A stretch of DNA of 64,000 bases from Paragordius varius. Lineage: Eukaryota > Animalia > Nematomorpha. Shown here piece by piece: positions 1 through 12,568 of this stretch. Each line of letters starts with the position of its first letter. Within the stretch, counting starts at the first letter, position 1. The notes beneath the pieces are model-generated. The model was not told the DNA's origin. It saw only the letters and a list, made by a program, of their open reading frames with translations, and did no database searches. The translations under genes and the position numbers were made by a program. The stretch is taken from the NCBI GenBank assembly GCA_964247055.1, contig OZ176055.1:1612001-1676000 (forward strand). Reading direction: 5' to 3'.

Positions 1-69
1 TATGATAAACTTTATTTTAAAAAAGTTAGCTAAGGCCTATAATGGCCTTTTCTCATTTAAAATATAATA

Positions 70-736
70 TTATTTTAAAATTGGAAAAAAAGTTGAGTAA
101 ATTTTCCCACTAATAAGGGGGTTAATGAGCGAAGGATGGCTACATCGAAAACTTTTAATTGCTCTGCGTAAGGCTAACAGGGATTGAAATCCGTTTTAGA
201 TCGATTTAATTCGTTTTATAATATAAATATAAAAATACCTAATTTTTCAATGTATGCCTGGTAACTGGGAGGGGATTGTCCAGGTACAACTTTCTGCAAA
301 GCTTCGCATCGTTTCATAAGAACCTGATTACAACTTACTAAAAATATACGTAAAAATCAAAATTTACAGTCAAAACGTTAAAATAAAGAGACAAATTTAG
401 TTTTTGAAAAGACAACCCATGCTTTTTTAAATATTTTTTAAAATGCGAAATAGAAAATGCAATTTTATTAAAACAATGTGATTAGATAGTTAAATTAGCA
501 AAAATTATGCTTTAAAAAGGTATGGTTGTCTTCTCAAAAAATATATTTGTGTATTATTTTTTACAATTCTCTTGTATGATTTTAATTTTTACTGTAATAT
601 TGGATTTAAACTGATGCAGATATACTATAAAATTCATACCATTTTGTTGGGAAAGATTATTAGCAGTGCATAGACCGGCTTGAAAGATAGTGATGAAGAA
701 GCTTAAAGCTAAAACTCCTTTACAAAATAGGCCCAT
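70..736 (-). CDS. Small secreted orphan protein, 3 coding exons (736-640, 337-239, 173-70), 99 aa
   Basis: ATG at 736 opens a hydrophobic signal-peptide-like stretch MGLFCKGVLALSFFITIFQAGLCTA, with donor G|GTATGA at 640. The acceptor TATTTTTAG at 338 gives VSCNQVLMKRCEALQKVVPGQSPPSYQAYIEKL, with donor G|GTATTT at 239. The acceptor CCCTGTTAG at 174 gives ALRRAIKSFRCSHPSLINPLISGKIYSTFFPILK*. The three exons join in frame (300 nt). No family recognised, and the last exon could instead splice out of the window. Confidence 0.6.
322..606. mobile_element. Degraded copy of the ~270-bp Tc1/mariner-type MITE (family T1) in intron 1 of the small secreted gene; ends approximate
   Basis: Contains TTACAGTCAAAACGTTAAAATAAAGAGACAA near 363 and the opposite arm TTGTCTTCTC...TTTTTACTGTAA near 526-597, matching the better-preserved copies at 25157, 38605 and 54975. 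Confidence 0.45.
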
Positions 737-1138
737 GTTCTTTTTGAAATGAAAATTCAAAAAAAAATTTAGAAATGAAGTTATCATGACTACAACTGAA
801 TTTAAATAGATTTTTTTGGAGTTGTTTTTTTTTTCAGACACGTTACTCAGTGTTGTATTTATTTTTCCAAAACAGAGTAATTATTACAGGTAATAGCTAA
901 CTATTTTTTAAAAAATAAAACGCTTATTTTATATATTATATATAAATGAAAGTATACTATTTTAGTTTCACAGTACCCAGAAATGTTTTTCTATTGTTTG
1001 TTTGTAAAACAAGAACAACAGCGTTGAGAGAGAGAGAGAGGGAATGATTAAAATTATAAATAAAATAATTTGAGAAATTCTTTATATATACTAGCAAAAA
1101 AATTTAACAAAATAATAATATATTATGAGATATTTTAA

Positions 1139-1317
1139 GACCAGCGTATCAAATAGTGAAAATATCTCAAATGATAATAAACCGTAATTGTCAAATTTTT
1201 TTTTAAATTATCCTTGATTATCCCTAATTTTCACCTTCTTCCCGATTTCGATTTTCTCTTAATATTTTAAAAACTAGGTCGTCAACATATTAAAACTTTT
1301 GCGGCAAAACGCTGGTC
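1139..1317. mobile_element. PIF/Harbinger (Tourist)-like MITE, 179 bp
   Basis: Perfect 9-bp terminal inverted repeat GACCAGCGT (1139-1147) / ACGCTGGTC (1309-1317), flanked on both sides by TAA, the 3-bp target duplication typical of PIF/Harbinger. Confidence 0.5.
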
Positions 1318-2380
1318 TAAGCTACCTCATAAAAAAAATTTTGTTAAAAGAAACTAACCCTCTTTTTTTGCATACAGTGTATATATACGATTTTATTAAT
1401 TTTGATTAATCTAGCCTTGTGAGCATGATCGCTCTATTATGACAACTATAAAATTTACATGTAGCAGAAAGGTTTTTTCGCTTATAATAATAATTAATTC
1501 ATAAAATAAACACGAGTGTTGATATTTTGGACAACTGTTTAGGTAACTGATTTTTCTAACAAAACAAATTTAAACAGCTTTAAACTAAAAAAACAGTTTG
1601 TAAATCAACTATTTGTTCGGATTTGTAACTATAAAATCATATGGCAAATGAAAAATTTGTGGTATTTCTAGGCACCTATTTAAGCTGTGTTTAACCACAT
1701 CTCTTGAGGAAAAAAATGGGTATTGATTGGGAAATTATTTGTACAAAAATTTATACAAAACTTTTCAAAGGCAATCAATAATGTGATGTAAAAAACCTCT
1801 TATAAACAATATTCGGTATAATATATATGTATATTAAACTTTAAGCAGCAATTAACTTTATATTTACTTTCTAAACTTCTATAAAGTTGTGTTAAATGAT
1901 GGCAATAAATTATTAAGACAAACTAAAAATTATACCATGTTCACTAGCTGAGCCCTATCATGCGTCGCCTGACTTAGTCTAAACAATTTAATAATGGAGT
2001 GTTCGGCAATAATTTGAAATAAAAAATGAATAATTAAAATATTAGAAATCTTAGCATATATCAACAAAATTGTAATTACCTCTATACATAAGTTTTTTTT
2101 CCAATTTATAGTTTTTGGTACACATCCTATAAAATTATTTCAAAAATTTTGTTCAAAAACATTTGGGAACGTGGAGGCTAAGTTATAACGGTGGCTTTTT
2201 TATGATCTTTTTCTTTTAAAGTTTACAATTAATATTTTTAATATAGATTAGGTCGATAACAATATTTTTATCTCATGTCTGTGCACATTTATGGGAAAAA
2301 ATTTTTTGGTTTTTTTAACTGACAGGTAATGCCAACTTATTGTTTCAATTAATGTTTTAGATCGATTTGCAGTAAGCCTT

Positions 2381-5080
2381 TCTTACGTTGCGCCAGTATT
2401 TTAATTTTGACTGTAATTAAAAAGATTTATAGTGAGATCTACAGTTAGCCTTATATTTTCTACCTCTAAAATTTTTCAACTTTTTGTAATTATAATCCTA
2501 AAATAATCGCTACTCAACAATATAAAAACGAACTAATTTTACATTACCAATCAAAATTATTTTTTCATGGTTAAAAAATCCTATTTTATAATTTGAAAGT
2601 AGACAATATTTTGCTTTTTAATAGGTATTGTTGCCTATATATCCTATAAATCAAATTAGCTAATATATTTAGCTAAGGTATATTTGATAAATTATATGCT
2701 ATCTGCAAGTAGAAATAAATTACATGAGTGAATTATACAATGTTGTTGGAGTATTAACCGGAAACAAAGTCAGCGTTTTCATTATTTCAGTAACATGTTA
2801 ATAAGTAATGTGTTATACAGGTAGGTATCCATCTATTATCCAGACAAGAAAATAAGATATTAGTCATAACAATGTATATATCTAATGTTTGTTTATTTAG
2901 CAATGGGCTAGTTATACTTTGAAAGATAATAAAATTTATATTATATAAAATAATATTAGTTTAATATTATTTCTAGAGGTAAAACTAAGATAAGGGTAGT
3001 TGTAATATTTCTTTATCTTTAGATTTTGTATAAAAAAATTTAGTACCTAAAAGATAAAATTTGAGCTATAATCGATGATACTACTTAAGATACCCCATAT
3101 ATAGTTAAATAGAATGTTTTTAGTTTTATTCGGTTAAAATTATATACTTTGATGCTAATTTTGACATAACAATATTTTAATTTTATTGGCATTATCGTAT
3201 GATAATCATTGCACTGCGCACAAAGTTGGGCGCCTAAAAAATATGCAAATGAAATCTATATATTATGGTGATGAAATGATGATGTCGTGGTGCTTTTGGT
3301 TTTGAGGTTTACGAGTGATATAAAAAAGTTATTTGCACTTTTGTGGTAAATTGCTCGATATCGTAATAGCGCACATTATGTTAAATAAAAATCATTTGGT
3401 AAAAGCCGAATGCTTTATTCCAAAAATACCATTAAGATATATGATATACTTTATTTAAAAAGTAAAACAAAAATATATTTTTATTTTTAAACCTATCTAT
3501 GCTTCAAAATGTTTGGCTCCCTCCAGGGTAGTTATGGTCAAAATAAAATACTCCGAGGCTTTGCGATATGAATTTTCTAAAGATTATGACATCAAAAAAG
3601 TATTTTGCATACTTTGTTTTAAAATTTTTTGTTATAAAATTGTTGAACCGTAATTCCTATTATCTTGAAGCACGAGGAGAGCGTATATATAATTAGATCA
3701 TGGCTTACTATCATTTTTGATTAAATATGTTTTTATTTGTTAAATATAAATTGTTTTTATTCAGTCAGATTTCACAAACGTTTAAGGTAAATTTTCAGCC
3801 TTCGTGTATGGAAAAATATGTTTTTATATTATCTTAAAGCGTTTTTATACCAATAATTCATGCAGAGGCGTAGCTAGGGCGAGGAATGGGCTAATGCACC
3901 GGATGTTAAAGGGGCTCCGAATTATATTTTATTTTTATATCAAAAAAATAGGTATTTTAAAATTATTATTTTAAATAATGCATAATAACACCAATTTATG
4001 AGTGGCCATTGACCATGATTAAAATTTTACTTTTAAAAAAAGCTAGATGTTGGGAGGGGGAGGGGCGCGATCACAGATTCCACCGGGCGCCAGATATGCA
4101 AGCTACGCCACTGCCATGCTTCAAAATAGTATAGCGCTTCAAGATAAAATTTTGCTAAAAATTAAAACTTGGAACAAAGTCCTTTTTTAAAATATTTTTT
4201 TTCATGTCATAATATACCACCTTTTGGTTTTTATCGCAATCCGGAGCCAACGTATTAAATTTTAAATTAATATAAATATGGTTCTTACTTTATAAATATG
4301 ATATAAATTTTAATGATAAGGAATTAATTATTTAGCCTTCAACAAAAATTTAGCATAATGTGAGCTAATTTTGCGATTTTTCGATGTGAGGCAATTAACA
4401 CAAAAGTGCTTATGACTTTCTTAAATTCACAAAGCCAAAAACCAAAAGCACTATGGATAATCTTGATACATTTTAGAGAAATTATACAGACAAAACGGAG
4501 AAACAAGACAAATATTATTAAGCAACTATACTTTTTTAAACTTTTATTTTTCCTATATAAATTATTTGATTGCGACTGATGTATATTATTAATTGTTTTA
4601 ACACATCTCTTATTCATACTTTGCCATTAAAAACAATAACTTATATTAAAAAAAAAGAACTGAAATTTTTGAAAAAAAAAATTTTTGCCTATAAATTTTA
4701 CGTTTCGTCCGCATAATATAATTGATCTGAAAATTTTTTACACCCGATTTTGTGCGTTGTATAAATATATAAAAAAATCATGGTACTTTTTTGTGTTATA
4801 AGCATGATTTAATAAAAAAAAGATAAATTAACTTTATTGTAATTACAAAAATTTAGTGCATATTATTTTTCAAGATAATCGAGTGTCGCGATATTTAATA
4901 TGACTACACAAACAAAATATATCCTTATATTCTGAAAAATGTATTATCGGTTTAAATTTAATCAGCTTTAAATTTATGGTAATTAAACAAAATTAGAAAA
5001 TCTCAAATTTAACGCCCATCATATTAATTTTTTAAAGTTAGGAGTAATATAATCACTCGCTTCAGTAAATGGGTCTAGAT
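2381..5080 (+). repeat. Copy 1 of a local segmental duplication (~2.7 kb)
   Basis: Collinear near-identical blocks with 5356-10450, e.g. GTCAGCGTTTTCATTATTTCAGTAACAT (~2769 vs ~5799), CTATTATCCAGACAAGAAAATAAGATATTAGTCATAACAA (~2833 vs ~5863) and TCCTTATATTCTGAAAAATGTATTATCGGTTTAAA (~4922 vs ~10291). The shared blocks include junctions between different TEs. Confidence 0.8.
3863..4113. mobile_element. hAT-type MITE (GC-rich), copy in duplication unit 1
   Basis: Termini CAGAGGCGTAGCT / AGCTACGCCACTG form a near-perfect TIR with one mismatch. Same site as the copy at 6802-7068. Confidence 0.7.
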
Positions 5081-6801
5081 TTTAAATTAGGCTTAATACC
5101 TTAAATATTTTTTAAGATATTCACATTTCACATGGATAAAAACTACCCCCAAAAGATCATGAAGTGTTAAGCCAATTAAAGATCACACTAAAAAAATTAT
5201 CATAAAATAAAATGTTAAAAAAATAGCCATTAGAGCCTGATTAATTCTCCAACTATATATATGATTGAGTATGTTACCAATCTACATCTCTATTGCTTCT
5301 ACAAAACGATAGGGTTTTTATTTTAATAAATCAATAAATATAACTGTCTTTTTATTCTTACGTTACGCCAGTATAATTTCAATTTTAACTGTAATTTAAA
5401 AGATTTATTGGCCGGGAATATACAGTGGGCCTTATATTTATGCGCCTCTAATAGTATTTTACTTTATGTAATTAATACCTTAAATAACCGCTTTTTACTC
5501 AAACTATATTTTATTAACCAACTAAATTCATGGTTATTCAAAAATCTGATTTTAAAATTTGGAAGTAGCCATTATTTCGCTTTCTATTATATGTGTTGGC
5601 TATATATCCTAAGTTATTTTCAAAAACTTTTAACCTTTAAAATTTCATCCAAGATATTTTTTATTTTATAAATAAAATTAGCTAATAAAATATATTTAGC
5701 TAAGGTATATTGGATAAATTATATGCTATCTACAAGTCGAAATTAATTACATGAGATCGTTATACAATGTTTGATTTGTTTGATTAATCGGAAACAACGT
5801 CAGCGTTTTCATTATTTCAGTAACATCTTAGTATAATAATGTAATATACAGGAGTATCTATCTATTATCCAGACAAGAAAATAAGATATTAGTCATAACA
5901 AGGTATGTATCTAATGTTTGTTTTTTTAGCAATGGGCTAGTTACCTTTTGAAAGATAATAAAATTTATATTAAAAATAATATTAGTTTAATATTATTTTT
6001 AGAGGTAAAACTAAGATAAAGGGTAGTTGTAATATTCTTTTTATAGTATTGTATAAAAAAATTTAACGTACCTAAAAGATAAAATTTGAGCTATAACTGA
6101 TCATACTACATAAGATACCTCATAAATAGTTAAACAGAATGTTGATTTTTATTCGGTTCAAATTTAAACTTTAATGCTAATTTTGACATAACAATATTTT
6201 AATTTTATTGACATTATCGTATGATAATCATTACACTGCGCACAAAATTGGCCGCCTAAAAAATATCCAGATGAAATCTATAAAAGTTATTTGCACTTTT
6301 GTGGTAAATTGCTCGATATTGTAGTAGCGCACAGTATGTTTAATAAAAATAAATTATTAAAAACCGAATGCTTTATTCCAAAATTTTTGGCTCCCTCAAG
6401 GGTAGTTTTTGTTAAAATAAATAAATAAGCTGAGGTTTTGCGATAGGAACTTTTTAAATGATAAAGATTATGACATCAAAAAAGTATTTTGCATACTTTG
6501 TTTTAAAATTTTTTGTTAATAAATTGTTGAACCGTAATTCATACTAAATTGAAGCATGATGGAAGCGGTACAAAAACTCCTTAAGTTATTGTAAACATTA
6601 TATAATTTATGTTAAACATTACTATCATTTTTGATTAAAAATATATTCGTATATAATTTTATGTTAAATATAATTGTTTTTATTCAGTTTAATTTCAGAT
6701 CAAACGCTTAAATTTATGAGGTGATAGATATGTTTAGCATCGATTTGTATAAATAAATGTTTTTATAGTATCTTAAAGCGTTTTTATACCGTTCCATCAT
6801 G

Positions 6802-7068
6802 CAAAGGCTTAGGAGGGAGGAAAGGGGGGATGATGCACCGGGCGCCATATAGGGGCGTCGAATTAAATTTTTTTTTAATTTTATATAAAAAAATAGGTAT
6901 TTTAAAGTTAATATTTTAAATATTGCATAAAATCACTCATTTATAAGTGGTCTTTGACCACGGTTAAAATTTGATTATTTTTATAAAATGCAAGGGGTTG
7001 CATGGAGAGCGAGGGGGATCCATCACAATTTCCTGCACCGGGCCCCAGAAATGCAAGCTATGCCACTG
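6802..7068. mobile_element. hAT-type MITE (GC-rich), copy in duplication unit 2
   Basis: Flanked by a perfect 8-bp direct repeat CCATCATG (6794-6801 and 7069-7076). Right end GCTATGCCACTG. An empty site with a single CCATCATG occurs in another host-repeat copy at 9171-9178. Confidence 0.75.
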
Positions 7069-8422
7069 CCATCATGCTTCAAAATAGTTGCGCTTCAACA
7101 AAATTTTGTTAAAAAATTAAAACTTAGAACAAAGTTTTGTAAAATATTTTTTTGATGTTAATCTACATTTTAATTCTTATCGCAAAACGGCTTTTGGTGT
7201 TTATTTGAAAAACAATATGGGACCAAAAATTTAAACTTTTGCACCCTTAAAAAATATTTTTTTGATATAATTTCGCTTTTTAATAGTATATCCTAATTAT
7301 ATTATTAAAATTTTTTGGATTGAAGCATTTAGCGCTTTCGATATTTATTTATTAGCTTAATGTTGGCAAATTTTGCGCTTTTTTTATACGGACAATCAAA
7401 GTGCGATTTCTTATATTACAAGTAAGGCTAACAACCAACACCATGGATCTTGCTAAATATATTTATCAGAATTAATTATAACGGGATATTTTTTGTGCCC
7501 ATTAAGTTATTGTCATTAGTTTTAAGAAAACTTCCAAATAGGGGTATATTAAGGTAATGGAAAATGCAAATATAGCACAGCGGATGGTATAAAATATGTT
7601 TAATGATAATGTTTTTTTGATAATTGAATGCCGATTAAGATGCGGATAAGCATTTTAAATTTTTGTCACATTCAAATTTAAAACAATAAGTCGGTAAATT
7701 TTATGTTTAACAAAAAATTTAATAAAAAGTGATAATAATATTTTTAAATTGATGGTTAAAACGGTACGAAAAATTGTAATTATATATACAGTGCACAAAA
7801 TAACCTGTATTTTGTGATAAAAAAAGTCTTCAGGATTTCCATGCTTACTTTGATTTTGGGGCTGACGAGAAAGTTGTTTTTACTAAGTGCTCCATATTAA
7901 AATATTGCAAAATTAGTGAACATTCAAAATTATAATTTTTTAGTGAAATGCTTTCCAAAAAATATTACTAAAATATAATATAAACTATATTTATAAGCAA
8001 AATATTTTTATAAAATTTAAGATGTGGGCTCCCTAAATCCAAATTGTTGGTCCCCTCCAAAATATGGATAAACGCAAAAATGCTGAGATTTTGCGATAAG
8101 AATTTTTATGTGGTAGATCATGGCATCAGAAAAAATATTTGACATAATTTGGGTTTAAAACCGCTTTAAGATATTTAAATCTATTATGTATTAAAAATTA
8201 TATAGTATCCACAGCTTAGCGTTTTTTTAAAAAAGCTATACCATTCTAGAATGAAAAATGTGCGAGTTTCGGAGCCAATGTAAATTTTAAATTAATATAA
8301 ATATGGTTCTTATTTTATAAATATAGTATCTTTTGCGATTTTTCGATGAAACACAAAGCCGAAAACCAAAAACACTATGAATAATCTTGATACATTTTAA
8401 AAAATATATACAGTAAAATTAA

Positions 8423-9861
8423 TGTGACCAGATATTTTAAACTTTGACGCAGTACAAATTTAAAACATACTTCGCTGTTTTTACACCATCGGTGTGGTAT
8501 ATAACACAGTTTCCACAAAAAATATCATGATGAAATAAAATATTCTGATAGGAAATATCAGGATTTTCATGGTGCTTTTGGTTATAACCTTTATTATTGA
8601 AGAAAGTTAATAACACTTAAGTGGTAAGTGTTCCGCATAAAATTGCAAAAGGTGCGCAATTTCAAACATATTTTTTGGTGAAAACTAAATACTTTATTTT
8701 AAAAAATATCACTAAAATATAACATAAACTCATATAAAAGGCAAAACAATATTTTTATAAATTTAAAATTGTTAGGGGGCTCTGAAAGTCCCAAATTTTT
8801 TGGCTCTTTTAAAACAGATTGTTCTTAAAAAAGCACAAAAATCCGACATTGTGCAATTATTTCAAATATATGCTAAATTATGATATCAACTATTCGAAAT
8901 TTAATTTTTTACAAAAATTTGTTGAAGAGTTCATACTATTTTGAGGACGATGGAAATATTTATATATATAATCCGATAGTGCTAAACATTTTGAATTTTG
9001 ATTTAAATAATCGTTCGTTTTCAAATTTATGTTAAATTAAAATTGTGTCTTTTTACAAAAATTCACCAAAATCAAGCAAACAAAGCTTCAAATCAAAATT
9101 CTCAACCTATAGTAATGTTAATCATCATCTAATTATTAAAAAAGAGGTTTTATAAAGCGTTAGACCGTTTCCATCATGCTTAACATAGTTTGAAGTACGC
9201 TTCAACAAAATATCTCTAATTTGTTTAAGCAAAAAAAAGAAAACTGTTAAAAATTAAAGTTTAGGAAAATTTTGTTATAACATACATCCCACCTAATGAG
9301 TATGGAAACATAAAAATTCTTAATTTTTACGAAAAAAAGGTTATTTCGAAATCATATGCCATATATAATAAATTTTAAATAATAGTTACGAGAATAACAA
9401 TTTTTTATATAATTTTCCGTTTGAAAATTATAACAAATAAGAAACTTTCTAAACTTGATCAAACATTTATTAAATAATAAATTAATGTTAATTTCGGAAG
9501 CCCTGTCTGAAAGAGCCATTAGCCTGGATCTTACGGTGGTGTCCGAGATTTATAGTTTCGCCACTGCGCGAAAGGCTGCAACGAAAAGCGGTTTGACCGA
9601 AATAAAATCCAATTTTGTGTATAATTCGAGCAGAAATATTAACCAATTAAAAATAGGACAATCTTGTTTTTTACCCCAAAATGAACCATTTCTTTACAAA
9701 TTATGGGGTTATTTTTACAGAGGGTATTTGAATAAATAAAAGGTATATAATATATATTCATAATTTTTAAATTTCAAAAAGCGGTACAAAAGTGGACGCA
9801 GTACAGTCACAGTTATTTTCTGAAAATCCAGTACTGTACTGCGAAAAACTATCTGGTCACT
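8423..9861. mobile_element. TTAA-flanked non-autonomous DNA transposon, Kolobok-like (~1.44 kb), with nested repeats
   Basis: TTAA at 8419-8422 and 9862-9865. Termini TGTGACCAGATA...CGCAGTACA and TGTACTGCG...TATCTGGTCACT are inverted copies. The segment is absent from duplication copy 1. Confidence 0.55.
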
Positions 9862-10599
9862 TTAAGTAAAATTGAAATTATACAGACAAAACGGAAAAAC
9901 ATAAAGAGAACCATATTTTTAAAACTTTTATATTTACTACATAGATAATTTGATTATTGTAAAATATATAATTAATTGTTTTATCTTATTCATATTTTTC
10001 CATTAAAAACAATGACTTATATTAAAAAAGGAACTGAATACTTTTGTCAAAAAAATTTTGCCTATTACTTCAACGTTTCATCTGCATAATGTAATTGATC
10101 TGGAAATTTTTCACACCCTATTTTGTGCTCTGTGTAAATATATAAAAAATCATGGCACTTTTTTGTGTTATGAGGATTTAATCAAAAAAAATTAACTTTA
10201 TTGTGACAAAATTTAGTGCATATTATGTTTCATAAAGATCGAGTGTTCGCGATATTTTTTATATATGACAGGCCTTACAAACAAGATATATCCTTATATT
10301 CTGAAAAATGTATTATCGGTTTAAACTTAATAAGCTTTAAATTTATGGTAATTAGACAAAATTGGAAAATCTCAAATTTAACGCCCATCGTATTTATTTT
10401 TTAAAGTTAGGAATAATATAATCACTCGCTTTAATGAATGGGTCTAGAGTGTGTTGGAAAGGAGTGTCCAGGACAAATGTCTTGAGGGCTGCTTTGATAA
10501 TTTTTTATTTTTTTATTATATTAGCTGATGAATTTTTAAGGATTTGCAAAATATTGAATGTGTTTTTTCTTCCCTCCTGATTTGATTTATGCACAGAAT

Positions 10600-11400
10600 C
10601 ATTATTCACAATTCTTAATTTCCTCAACATAAAGAACGCATTGGTGATCTTACTCTATGCAATCTCCGATACGCTGCTGATACGGTTCTCTTGACGGAAT
10701 CATCCGGACATGATTTACATCTTAAATAGACTTACAGTGAAAGCAAGTTTGATGGGTCTGAAGCTAAACCCATCTAAATCTAAACTAAGGATCATCAACG
10801 TTCCCCAGATATAAATATCACTCAATTCCTCCTCCATCGACTTAACCGATCAATGCAAGTATTTAGGTTCAATAATTGCATTTGACGGCACTTCCTATCC
10901 CGACCAATGTGCACGGCTTGCTTTAGGGCGTGCTACAATGGGCAAGTTGTCCAGAATTTGGAACTCTTTGGTAATAAGAGTTTCAACCAAATTAGCCATC
11001 CTAAGCGATGGTTTACCCCGTCGCTATTTAGGGTTTGAGTCATGGGTTCGTTAATCTATTGACTAAGCCCGCAATGACTCATTTCGAATGTGGTGTTTCC
11101 GGAAAATTTTGGGTCTTTCCTGGAAAGCCTACATCTCCAATTCATATACATACTAAACTTCCTTATACCAGAATTTTTACTTTATGATCTGGTGATCTAC
11201 AATCAATTATAATATTTAGGCTACATTCTTCGATCCAATTCCATGAAAAAAAACATTATCCTTGGGTTAGTCGATGAGACTCGCAAAAGAGGCCGCCCTA
11301 AAAATTGGTTTCTCAATATTATTAAATCAATTACTAATCTTACCCTATCTCAAATAATATGAAAGTCACATCGTCTAGAATAGAATACACTTATTTATGA
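10600..11400 (+). mobile_element. Decayed 5'-truncated non-LTR retrotransposon (RTE/BovB-like LINE), RT C-terminal part; ends approximate
   Basis: Broken frames read NLRYAADTVLLTES (YADD motif mutated), GLKLNPSKSKL, CKYLGSIIAFDG...RLALGRATMGKL, GFESW, MWCFRKILGLSW and RKRGRPKNW. This is the motif order of RTE-clade ORF C-termini, with stops and frameshifts. Confidence 0.8.
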
Positions 11401-12568
11401 GAAAGCTAACAGTCGCAACGTGACTAGCTTCTTACAACACTCATAAATACATCTGCAAATTTACAAATATATGAGTAGATCTGAAATAATTAATTTGCCA
11501 TTATTAGCTCGGATTCCCTAAGGTTACAAATACAAATATTTTGACACAGTTTGAAACTATTTTTATACTAGTATCTCTCCCTTATATCATTTCAAATCCT
11601 AAAAGTTAAAAGTTATTGCTTATAAAAAACAAACCTTGTCATATCAATAAAAGGCTAAAAACCATTACATAAAAATGGTAAAAAATCTTAAGATAAAATT
11701 ATGCAAAAAAACTGACCACATAAATAATACCAATTATTTTTTCATTTTTCAAAAAAGCTAGCATCATTTATATGTTTTTTCCATGGATTTGACATCTCAA
11801 TTATAAAAGTTGGTCGATTATAACAAGAAGAAGTGACAAATTATATTTTATGCTAATATTTTTAGGTTTAAATCACACAAGTTTTTTGATATTAAAAAGC
11901 AATCAATCATATATCGAGCGAACCCGGTTATGTCAAAACTTAAATTACGAAATCTTCATGACCGCTTCATGATAACTTTCAAGTAAGTGTTGGTGGTTTT
12001 CAAATAATATAAGCAGACTTGTGTGCTTAAATTATCTAATAACTTACTATTATTATACATAAAATAAATTAATGAATATTTATTTGATAGAAATTACATG
12101 ACACTAACCCTGAACTTTTTATGTCGTTTTAAATGTTTTTTTTTTCATAACAAAGAAAGGTACTTTAAATAAATATGTAAATGTTTTTTTTCTTCAAATT
12201 ATTAGGTTTAGACAATTTGCCATATGGCAAGTAATCAAATAATTTAAGTTCTCATCGACTATAAATTGTGGGATGATGGAAAGAGTTACTGCATAAGTTA
12301 TTTTTTTCGCGTAAAAATATTTTTTTCCAAATTTATATTTTGTCTTTTGTGTAATTACAAAGTTAACTTTTTTTCTGTGCAGCTAGCTACCTTCGCTAAA
12401 AACCGTTATTTTTTAGAAAATAAAATACATATATAAGCGGCTACAATACAATTGGTGTGGATTTTTAATATTATTCATAACTTTATAGCTAAAAGCAATT
12501 TAAAAATAAAGTATATAGTTTAGAAGTAACCACCATACATATTTAGTTTAATCGACTCAATATATTAA

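Larger units (their letters stand above)
5356..10450 (+). repeat. Copy 2 of the segmental duplication, interrupted by two later insertions (~7190-8265 and 8423-9861)
   Basis: Homology to copy 1 runs 5356-7180, resumes at GGAGCCAA (8271, equivalent to 4243) to about 8418, and resumes again at 9866 to GGGTCTAGA near 10448. Confidence 0.75.
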
